Below, one piece after another: positions 9,149 through 17,031 of a stretch of DNA of 64,000 nucleotides. The translations under genes were made by a program, and so were the position numbers. The stretch's first letter is position 1. Each line of letters opens with the position of its first letter. Under the pieces are notes generated by a model. The model saw nothing but the letters and a program-made list of their open reading frames with translations. It did no database searches and was not told the DNA's origin. This DNA comes from Candidatus Eiseniibacteriota bacterium (GTDB lineage: Bacteria; Eisenbacteria; RBG-16-71-46), in assembly GCA_963717505.1 (NCBI GenBank), contig OY970342.1, positions 298,791 to 362,790 of the forward strand, written 5' to 3'.

Positions 9149-10507
9149 ATGCGCCTGCCCAACCTGCTCGCGACGCGCAAAGGTCGTCTCGCTGCGTTCT
9201 TCGCGCTCTACCTGACCGAGGGTATCCCACTCGGCTTCACCGCGACCGCGATCGCCACCCAGATGCGCCGGCAGGGCCTGGGGCCGGCCGAGATCGGCGC
9301 CTTCGTCGGCTCGCTCTATCTGCCGTGGGCCATGAAGTGGGCGGTCGGGCCGTTCGTCGACGTCTTCTCGTCGGAGCGCTTCGGCCGGCGCCGGCTGTGG
9401 ATCCTGCTCATGCAGTTCGCGATGGTCGGGTCGTTGATGGCGACGCTGCCGGTCAACTTCACCACCGAGCTCAAGCTGTTCACGCTGCTCATCCTGATCC
9501 ACAACGCGTTCGGAGCGACGCAGGACGTGGCGATCGACGCGCTCGCGGTCAACTCGTTGCACGAGAACGAGCGCGGACTCGCGAACGGACTGATGTTCGG
9601 CGGCGCCTACCTGGGTCAGGCGATCGGCGGCGCCGGTGTTCTGTTCCTGACGCCCTACGTCGGCTTCCAGAACACCTATTGGTTCGTGGCCGCGTGGATC
9701 CTGGCGGTCACGTTCTTCGTAGCGCTGCCGATGCGCGAAGCGGCGAGCCCTCCCCAACCGCCGCGAACCAAGGGCGCGCTGGTCACGGCGATGCTCCAGG
9801 TCTGGCAGTTCATGAAGGACACGTTCATCGCCTTCGTCGGGCAGCGCGGCGCCCTGCTCGGCCTGCTGCTCGCTCTGCTACCGGCCGGGGCTTATGCCCT
9901 CGGACTCGCGCTCCAGTCCAACCTCGCGGTCGAGCTGGGCCTGGACGACACCCGGGTTGGGGCGCTCAACTTGTGGTCGACCGTGATCTCGGCGATTGGC
10001 TGCGTGGTCGGCGGCTGGCTGTCGGATCGCTTCGGCCGGCGCCGCACACTCGCGCTCTACTTGATTGGCACAGCGATTCCCACGGCCTACCTCGCCTGGG
10101 TCATGCAGCAAGTGGGGTGGATCATGCCGATCGATCCCCAGGCGGCCAATCGCCCGGTGCCACCCGAGGCATTGGTCGGCACGTTCTGGGCGATGGTGCT
10201 CGTCTACTCCGTGTTCCAGGGGCTGATGTACGGCACGCGCTCCGCGTTGTTCATGGACGTGACCACGCCCAAGGTCGCGGCCACCCAGTTCACCGCGTAC
10301 ATGGCGCTGCTCAACTTCGCGATCGCCTACTCGGCGCGCTGGCAGGGCCTGGCGGTCGAGCGGTGGGGCTACCCGATCACGTTGCTGCTCGATTCGGTCG
10401 CCGGAATCGTGTGTATCGCCGTGTTGCCGTTCATGGGTCGGCTGACCACACGCGATTCGCGCACGGTGCCGGTCGGAAGTGCAGTGCCCGAAGCGATCGG
10501 GCCGTGA
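9149..10507 (+). CDS. MFS transporter, AmpG/PAT-family-like permease
   Basis: 452 aa and ~12 TM segments. N-terminal LYLTEGIPLGF motif typical of AmpG/acetyl-CoA-transporter-like MFS proteins. ATG at 9149. Confidence 0.8.
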   Translation: MRLPNLLATRKGRLAAFFALYLTEGIPLGFTATAIATQMRRQGLGPAEIGAFVGSLYLPWAMKWAVGPFVDVFSSERFGRRRLWILLMQFAMVGSLMATLPVNFTTELKLFTLLILIHNAFGATQDVAIDALAVNSLHENERGLANGLMFGGAYLGQAIGGAGVLFLTPYVGFQNTYWFVAAWILAVTFFVALPMREAASPPQPPRTKGALVTAMLQVWQFMKDTFIAFVGQRGALLGLLLALLPAGAYALGLALQSNLAVELGLDDTRVGALNLWSTVISAIGCVVGGWLSDRFGRRRTLALYLIGTAIPTAYLAWVMQQVGWIMPIDPQAANRPVPPEALVGTFWAMVLVYSVFQGLMYGTRSALFMDVTTPKVAATQFTAYMALLNFAIAYSARWQGLAVERWGYPITLLLDSVAGIVCIAVLPFMGRLTTRDSRTVPVGSAVPEAIGP

Positions 10508-12261
10508 AGCTGGCGTCGCCAGCCCTGAGCACATTGGCGCGCCGGTGTTGGATGGCGACGTTGGCGCTGGCCGCACCGGCGTTGGCGGCCGATCGATCGC
10601 CCAACTTCCTCAACATCAACCCCGCCTGGTCGCCCGACGGCACGCGTATCGCGTTCGAATCGCGCCGCGACGGGCAGGCCGAGATCTACGTCATGAACGC
10701 CGATGGCTCGGGGCAATGTCGTCTGACCTGGACGCCGGCCGACGACACGCATCCCTCGTGGTCGCCCGACGGTCGCCGCATCGTGTTCGACTCGAATCGC
10801 GACGGCGTCTGGAACCTCTACGTGTTCGACCCCGACGGCACGAACATCCGGCGGATCACCCACCAAGGAACCGCCACCGGCGAGGAGTTCGGACGCCATC
10901 CGTCGTGGTCGCCCGATGGCCGACACATCGCGTTCGACTCCGATCGCAACGGCAACCACGAGATCTACGTTTGCGAGCCGGACGGCTCGGACCCGGTGCG
11001 GGTGACGCGCGATCCGGGGTCGGACAACCACGCGTCGTGGTTTCCCGACGGCAGCCTGGTGTTCAACTCGAACCGCAGCGGCGACCAGGAGATCTACCGC
11101 GTCGGCGTTGATGGTTCGCGCCTCACACGTCTGACCACGAGCCCGGGCGACGATGCCGGCGCCAAGGTCTCCCCCGACGGACAGCGCATCGGCTTCTTCT
11201 CGGCGCGCACCGGTGGCCAGACCGACCTCTACGTGATGAACGCCGACGGCTCGGCACCGGTTCCGCTGGTCCCCGGGCCCGACACGGTCTACGAGCTGAG
11301 CTGGTCGCCCGATGGCAAGCAGATCGCGTTCTACTCCGACCGCGACCAGCGCTTCGAGATCTTTGTGATGAATGCGGTGATGGACGCCGAAGCCCGTGCG
11401 ATCACGAACTCCGGCTTCGACAGCGTGTGGCCGGCCTGGTCGCCCGACGGCGAGTATCTGACGTTCTGCTCGAACCGCACCGGCGACATGGAAGTGTGGA
11501 CCATGCGCCCCGACGGCTCGAGCGCCGAACGTTTGACCCACACGCCCGGGCGCGACGCTCACCCGGCGTGGTCGCCCGACGGCAAGCGCATCGCCTTCCA
11601 GTCGCCCCGCGACTTCGCCGTGCCGGAGCAGGTCGAGCTGTACGTGATGAACGCCGACGGCACGAGTCAGACGCGACTCACTCGGCTGCCGGGCTTCACC
11701 GGGGTTCCCGCGTGGTCGCCCGACGGCATGCGCATCGCGTTCCAGTCGCACGACGCCAAGCTCGACCGCTGGCGGATCTGCGTGATGAACGCTGACGGCA
11801 CAGGCATAGGGACGATCACTCCGGGCCGGGCCAACGACCAGGTGCCGCACTGGTCGCCCGACGGGCGGCGGCTGCTCTTCTTCTCGGACCGTGCGGGCAA
11901 GAATCAGCTGTTCGTCATGGACTCGAGCGGCGCCAACGTGCGACCGTTGACCCGAGATACCACCGAGGCCTTCGCGGGTTCCTGGTCGCCCGAGGGCTCC
12001 CGGGTCGCGTTCATCTCGGGTCGCGGAGACTCGACCGAAGTCTTTATCATGAACGCCGACGGCACCGGCCGCGTGCCCCTGACTTCGGGGGCCCGCGCTA
12101 CGGGGCAGCCGGCGTGGTCGCCCGACGGGAAGCGGTTGGCATTCCACTCGGCGGCCGCCGGCCGGAACGACATCATCATCATGCATGCCGACGGCTCGGA
12201 GTCGGTGCGGATCACGCGCGGCGCCGAAGGCTGGCGTCACTGGAGTCCGGCAGCACCCTGA
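10504..12261 (+). CDS. TolB-like periplasmic protein made of ~13 PD40 (WD40-like) beta-propeller repeats
   Basis: GTG 10504 overlaps the MFS stop (GTGA); the alternative start is ATG 10552. Signal peptide, then iterated …WSPDG(R/K)xIAF.S.R.G…EIY… units. Confidence 0.8.
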   Translation: MKLASPALSTLARRCWMATLALAAPALAADRSPNFLNINPAWSPDGTRIAFESRRDGQAEIYVMNADGSGQCRLTWTPADDTHPSWSPDGRRIVFDSNRDGVWNLYVFDPDGTNIRRITHQGTATGEEFGRHPSWSPDGRHIAFDSDRNGNHEIYVCEPDGSDPVRVTRDPGSDNHASWFPDGSLVFNSNRSGDQEIYRVGVDGSRLTRLTTSPGDDAGAKVSPDGQRIGFFSARTGGQTDLYVMNADGSAPVPLVPGPDTVYELSWSPDGKQIAFYSDRDQRFEIFVMNAVMDAEARAITNSGFDSVWPAWSPDGEYLTFCSNRTGDMEVWTMRPDGSSAERLTHTPGRDAHPAWSPDGKRIAFQSPRDFAVPEQVELYVMNADGTSQTRLTRLPGFTGVPAWSPDGMRIAFQSHDAKLDRWRICVMNADGTGIGTITPGRANDQVPHWSPDGRRLLFFSDRAGKNQLFVMDSSGANVRPLTRDTTEAFAGSWSPEGSRVAFISGRGDSTEVFIMNADGTGRVPLTSGARATGQPAWSPDGKRLAFHSAAAGRNDIIIMHADGSESVRITRGAEGWRHWSPAAP

Positions 12262-12291
12262 GTCGACGTTCGAGGAAGAGGAGTCACACCC

Positions 12292-12531
12292 ATGGAATTC
12301 TTGCTTGCCCCGATCGTGGCGGTGATCGTCGTAGCCGCCATCTCCTGGTTCGCAGTGACCCTTCACCGCCGGACGCGACTGCAGGCGCCCCAACGCCAGC
12401 TCGAGCGCATGGTGGGCCCCGAAGCGGCGGAACGGCTGACCCGCTTCGAACGCGAGCGCGACCCGAACCTGCCGGCGGCTGAGGCGGCGCGCCGAGCGCT
12501 CGAGCGCGCGGAGTACGACCGGGGTCGCTGA
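12292..12531 (+). CDS. Small membrane-anchored protein (one N-terminal TM helix, charged coiled C-terminus); hypothetical
   Basis: GGAAGAGGAG RBS upstream of ATG 12292. MEFLLAPIVAVIVVAAISWFAVTL TM segment. Confidence 0.5.
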   Translation: MEFLLAPIVAVIVVAAISWFAVTLHRRTRLQAPQRQLERMVGPEAAERLTRFERERDPNLPAAEAARRALERAEYDRGR

Positions 12532-12761
12532 ACGCAGCTCGGCGCGCGAGGGCGCCGGGCAACCTCAGTAGTGTCCCTGAGGTGAGTCGCTACGCGAAGC
12601 CATTCGGCAGCAACAGGATCAGTCCGTAGATGATTTTCTTGTTGACCCGTTCCAGTGGCGGCGTATTGTCGGCTGTGCTCTAGCAGTTCCCCTTCCGCCG
12701 GAGATTCCCCCGCGTCAACCATGGACCGGGAAGGTCTATCGGGCCGCGCAGGGAGAATCCC

Positions 12762-14972
12762 ATGTCGAATCCAGTGTTGTCCCGCGTTGACTTGTTCATC
12801 ACCAGGGACAAGTCCGCAGCCGATCGATCGCAGATCCCGCTCCCCAGTGCTCGGGTCGAGTTCTACGGTCAGGGAGCGACAGTGGCGGACGATGTCACCG
12901 TTCCGGGTTCCGGTTCGGAAGATGTCGACGTCTACGATCCCGGCGATCTCGAAGTCGGAAGCACACTTCGAGCGAACGGTTCGGGACCCGAACTCACCGT
13001 CACGGCCATTACGACAGTACCTGCGTTTCCGGGGGTAACGCAGGTCACCCTCTCCAACGGCGGAGCCTCGGACCTCGATCTGACCACGGGAATGCGTCTG
13101 ATCATTACCTCCAACCGGCCGACGCTCTACAGCGATCCGCTTGGGACGGTCGACCTCGGCAACCCATACGTAACCGCCGACAACGACAGTCGAGTCCTCG
13201 CCTACATCAATCGTCGTCGGTACGACTACACGATTCCCGGCAAGGTCTACGCTCAGGTGACCTCGAACGGCACCTTGGCGGGTGGGAACGTGCTGTCGTG
13301 GAACCACAACGACACCAACATCACGGCTCCCAACCGAATGGTCCTGGTCGGAATTTCGTGGCAGGGCTCGGTCGGCGGTGAGACCATCGACTCCGTCACG
13401 TACGGTGGAGTCGCTATGTCGTTGGTGGGCCAAACTAGCCTGACATCGGTCTACAAGCTTGCGAACCCACCGACCGGGCTGCAGACGGTGGTCGCGAACT
13501 TTGGAGCGTCGTCGCCGCCGGCGGTAGTTTACGCCGTCGGAGGAGCGGTCACCTATTCCGGCGTAGACGCCCTCTTGCCACTCGGCTCGGCATCAACGGC
13601 AACCGGGACCTCGACGGCACCCAGCGTTGGTGTCGGGACGACGTACGCAGATGGCCTAGTGTTCGACACAATGAGCGCGGGTGGCACCACCACGGCCAGC
13701 GCCGGCAGCGGGCAGACGCCGCAATGGAATCAAGCCTCGGGTGGAATCACCGTCCGCGGATGCGGCTCCCTGGAAGACGGAACGGGCTCCTCGGTGACCA
13801 TGAGCTGGACGTTGGGCACGAGCCGACCCTGGGGGATCCTGGGCGTAGGGCTCAAACCTGCGCTGCGAATTCATGTCGACGCGTTGGGAGGCACCCAGCG
13901 GTCACCATCATGGCTCAACGCGAGGGATTTCGAGAGCATTCAAGTCGCGATCGACACCCTCCCGCCAGCAGGCGGAGTTGTCTACATCCCAGGCGGCGAG
14001 TACGAAGTCTTCGGCGAGGTTGACACCGTTCCAGGCCTCTTGATTCCGCCGGGGAAGGCAGTACATCTGCTGGGCGATGGGGCGGATCGAACGATCATCT
14101 TCTGCAGCGACAAGAACGTCGACGTGATCTGGGTCCAGGGCTCCTACTCGACAATCGAGAACCTCACAATCCGTGGCGTTCCGGAAGTGCCAGATGGGGC
14201 GACGGAGGAGATTCGGAGGCGAAGAGGACGCGGGATCGTCGTGGGTCAGGTCGGTGGGGCGGCCGAAGTAATGCGCCGGATCTCCATTCTCGGCTGCCGC
14301 ATCATCGACACCGCAAGTTGGTGCCTCTTCTTCTTGGACGAGGACGAACCGAATGGAGAGGCGGAGAAGACCCTGACGATTTGGGTCCACGTCGAGCGAT
14401 GCGAGTTTCGCAATAACATTGTCGCCGGCGTACTGGGCCTTGGCAAAGGCTGCTTTCAGCACCTCTACGTAAGTTGTGGGTGGGAGTTCTTCAGAGGCTT
14501 CGCGGTGAGCGCCATAGGAGCCGAGGGAGTTACATTCCAGACCTGCACACTCGAGGATCGGCGAAGCGTGCCTGAGACGGTTATTGCGCCAGAGGACGAG
14601 TTTCCATATGTCGCATTCGATGGATGCAAGAATATTCGCGTCTTGTGCTGCTGGTTCGAGTCACATGCGACCAGCGCGGGTGACAACGAACACGACACCA
14701 AGTGGAGGTTCATCAACGTCGGCCCGACGTTAGCGTGTGAGGACGTGACAGTGGATAGTTGCCGGTTCGTCAGGCACGCAGGCAACTTTCCTAGGCTCAT
14801 GAAGGTCAAGAACGCTTCCAAGGCCATCTCTCTGATCAACCCAACCTGCACACTCCTTGATACTTTGACGACAATAGGTTCACATCAACAGACCCTAATG
14901 ACCTCGATGTCGTGGCAGAGGAAGGTAGCGAAGGCGAGATCGGGAGCGAGGTCTACCTCTCCGGAGGCATAG
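12762..14972 (+). CDS. Phage tailspike / pectate-lyase-fold (right-handed parallel beta-helix) protein, no signal peptide
   Basis: RBS AGGGAGA upstream of ATG 12762. Central region …GGVVYIPGGEYEVFGEVDTVPGLLIPPGKAVHLLGDGADRTIIFCSDKNVDVIWVQGSYSTIENLTIRG… is typical of beta-helix depolymerases and tail fibers. The C-terminal 30-40 aa look non-native (possible frameshift into the next ORF). Confidence 0.65.
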   Translation: MSNPVLSRVDLFITRDKSAADRSQIPLPSARVEFYGQGATVADDVTVPGSGSEDVDVYDPGDLEVGSTLRANGSGPELTVTAITTVPAFPGVTQVTLSNGGASDLDLTTGMRLIITSNRPTLYSDPLGTVDLGNPYVTADNDSRVLAYINRRRYDYTIPGKVYAQVTSNGTLAGGNVLSWNHNDTNITAPNRMVLVGISWQGSVGGETIDSVTYGGVAMSLVGQTSLTSVYKLANPPTGLQTVVANFGASSPPAVVYAVGGAVTYSGVDALLPLGSASTATGTSTAPSVGVGTTYADGLVFDTMSAGGTTTASAGSGQTPQWNQASGGITVRGCGSLEDGTGSSVTMSWTLGTSRPWGILGVGLKPALRIHVDALGGTQRSPSWLNARDFESIQVAIDTLPPAGGVVYIPGGEYEVFGEVDTVPGLLIPPGKAVHLLGDGADRTIIFCSDKNVDVIWVQGSYSTIENLTIRGVPEVPDGATEEIRRRRGRGIVVGQVGGAAEVMRRISILGCRIIDTASWCLFFLDEDEPNGEAEKTLTIWVHVERCEFRNNIVAGVLGLGKGCFQHLYVSCGWEFFRGFAVSAIGAEGVTFQTCTLEDRRSVPETVIAPEDEFPYVAFDGCKNIRVLCCWFESHATSAGDNEHDTKWRFINVGPTLACEDVTVDSCRFVRHAGNFPRLMKVKNASKAISLINPTCTLLDTLTTIGSHQQTLMTSMSWQRKVAKARSGARSTSPEA

Positions 14973-15526
14973 CTCACGCAGCGTCTGGAGAGATCAATTC
15001 CGTTGCCCTCTTCCTACCGAGCGTGAAGGGTCTCTCCATCTTCGCGTCGGGCCCCAGGGTAACGCCGCCTAGCGTGTCATCGGACGATCGGGACAGTACC
15101 CAAAGCCTGGCTCTAGACGCGAAGCAGGGAGACATGATTTTCAACACCACGACCGACCGTCCGGAGGTCCGCATCGGTGCCAGCTGGCAGCAGATTCCAA
15201 GTCGAGCAGCGTCGGCGGAGTTTGTGGACGACACCAGCATGTCGACTCCAGAAGACCTAATTTCGGATGGAGTTGCCGGTTTCTACCGGATCTCAGTGTA
15301 CCTCGAGAAAGTGACAAGCGGCGCCGGCACTGTTCAGGCCGATGTAACGTGGACCGACGACGCAACGCAACGCACTCGTTCAGTGTCGGTGACCGACTCG
15401 GGGGCGAACGTGCTCGCCAGCGACGAATTCCCGATCTACCTCGCCGCTGGCGAGTCCATCGCATACCAGATTCTGACCCCCCAGAGTCATCAGGCGAGGG
15501 TACGATTGCAGGTAGAGGTAGCATAG
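14912..15526 (+). CDS. Hypothetical acidic protein; may be the frameshifted C-terminal continuation of the tailspike-like gene
   Basis: The frame is open from 14861 and overlaps the previous ORF by ~110 nt. GTG start at 14912. No recognised domain. Confidence 0.4.
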   Translation: MAEEGSEGEIGSEVYLSGGIAHAASGEINSVALFLPSVKGLSIFASGPRVTPPSVSSDDRDSTQSLALDAKQGDMIFNTTTDRPEVRIGASWQQIPSRAASAEFVDDTSMSTPEDLISDGVAGFYRISVYLEKVTSGAGTVQADVTWTDDATQRTRSVSVTDSGANVLASDEFPIYLAAGESIAYQILTPQSHQARVRLQVEVA

Positions 15527-15528
15527 CA

Positions 15529-16926
15529 ATGAATTCTCCTTGGGGCTGTGGTCTGTTCCGTCATACGAGCTTGGCCATGGCCCTGGGGGTCACATGTCTT
15601 GTGCGTCCGGTGGCCGCCCAGCTGACGTTTGATTCACCTCTTCGGTATCCTGCGAACGACGCTTATGTTGTTACCTTCCTTCATTTCGACGGCGACCAAG
15701 CGCTCGATCTAGCAGTTCTTCAGGACGGTGAGGGTACTTTCGACGACTCTCTACTGGTCTTCTTGAACGACCGGGCAGGCAGCTTCGTCGCCGGCCCGGC
15801 GTTTCCCTGTAGCGCAGGCGTCGGGCGCATTGCGGCTGCTGACCTAGACCATGAAGGGCAGGATGATCTCGTAGTTACGTGCGTCTATGGAGATGTGATG
15901 GTCTTCTTGAACAAGCCATCCGGCATCATGGTGACCACTTACCAGGTGCTCTCGAATCCAGGCTACGTCGATGTCGTCGACATCGATCATGATAGTGACA
16001 TGGACTTGGCGATTGCCATCAATGGGTCGAACGGCATTCAATTGCTGACGAACAGTGGCAACGGCCAGTTTACATTTGGTCAACGACTAACTGGGATAGG
16101 GGTAATTGGTCAGATTGATTCTGCAGACTTCAACGAAGATGGCCACGTCGACATCGTTGTCGGCGTCGAAAATTCATCACGGTTAAACATCCTCTACGGG
16201 GATGGCGCGGGCAACTTCACACGAACGTGGTTCTCTTGGAACCCGCAATTTGCAGTGGCATCGGCGGACTTCGATGATGACGGCCATGCAGATATTGCCG
16301 CACGGGATGGGTCCCTGCGGTTCTTCTGGGGTGATGGTCAGGGTGGGTTCAGCGGGCCGACGTCAGTGTCGACTTTTGGGGCCGGGCTGTTGACGGTTGA
16401 CGATTGGAATCGGGATGGCCTTCCGGACTTAGCCGTGTCGTCCTACCTGAACCAATCGTACCAGACGTTTGTTGAGAATTTGGGCGCCCGCGGCTTTTCT
16501 GCCCAACCCTACGACCTTGGTGGCTTCGGCACTGCGAGACTCGCGTCTGGAGATGTCGATGGGGATGGCTGGCCGGATCTTGCGGGAGGCAGCAAGTCCG
16601 CTTCGATCGTGTCGGTTCTTCGGAATGCCAATGCCCCAGCTACAGGGGTAGAGAGGTCACCACCAGCGGTCCGTCTGACCATCGCTCCGAATCCCGCGCA
16701 GCGTAGATTCACCGCGGCGTTCGATCTGTCCGGAGCAGCCACCGCGACCCTGGAGCTCTGGGACGTGCAGGGTAGACGCCTGGACCGGCGTGACGTCGGC
16801 TCGTTCGGTCCCGGCCGCCACCAGATTGCATTCGGGAACAGCCGCCGACTGGCGCCTGGGATCTATCTCGTCCGACTGATCCAGGGAGATCGAGTGACCA
16901 CCGCACGCGCCTGCCTGATTGAGTAG
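15529..16926 (+). CDS. Secreted FG-GAP/VCBS-repeat (integrin-alpha-like beta-propeller) protein with T9SS-type C-terminal sorting domain
   Basis: ATG 15529 lies 2 nt after the previous stop. Signal peptide MNSPWGCGLFRHTSLAMALGVTCLVRPVAAQ. Repeated …D.D.DG..D…G-x-G-x-F motifs. C-terminus …APNPAQRRFTAAFDLSGAATATLELWDVQGRRL…APGIYLVRLIQGDRVTTARACLIE matches the CTD shared by five other genes here. Confidence 0.8.
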   Translation: MNSPWGCGLFRHTSLAMALGVTCLVRPVAAQLTFDSPLRYPANDAYVVTFLHFDGDQALDLAVLQDGEGTFDDSLLVFLNDRAGSFVAGPAFPCSAGVGRIAAADLDHEGQDDLVVTCVYGDVMVFLNKPSGIMVTTYQVLSNPGYVDVVDIDHDSDMDLAIAINGSNGIQLLTNSGNGQFTFGQRLTGIGVIGQIDSADFNEDGHVDIVVGVENSSRLNILYGDGAGNFTRTWFSWNPQFAVASADFDDDGHADIAARDGSLRFFWGDGQGGFSGPTSVSTFGAGLLTVDDWNRDGLPDLAVSSYLNQSYQTFVENLGARGFSAQPYDLGGFGTARLASGDVDGDGWPDLAGGSKSASIVSVLRNANAPATGVERSPPAVRLTIAPNPAQRRFTAAFDLSGAATATLELWDVQGRRLDRRDVGSFGPGRHQIAFGNSRRLAPGIYLVRLIQGDRVTTARACLIE

Positions 16927-17031
16927 CAGACTAACAGCGGCCCGAGCGCCTGCCCGGCGAAGTTGCCGGCTACCAGCCGCTGGTCGCACGCCTCGGAAGG
17001 CCTCGAGCGGGTGCTTCGGTAGCGTTCAGAA

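Larger units (their letters stand above)
12550..16950. other. Lower-GC genomic islet (~50-60% GC vs ~69% flanks), probably horizontally acquired; carries the tailspike-like and FG-GAP genes
   Basis: Visible compositional drop, e.g. 12601-12660 is ~50% GC. No integrase, tRNA or direct repeats were identified at the borders. Confidence 0.5.
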
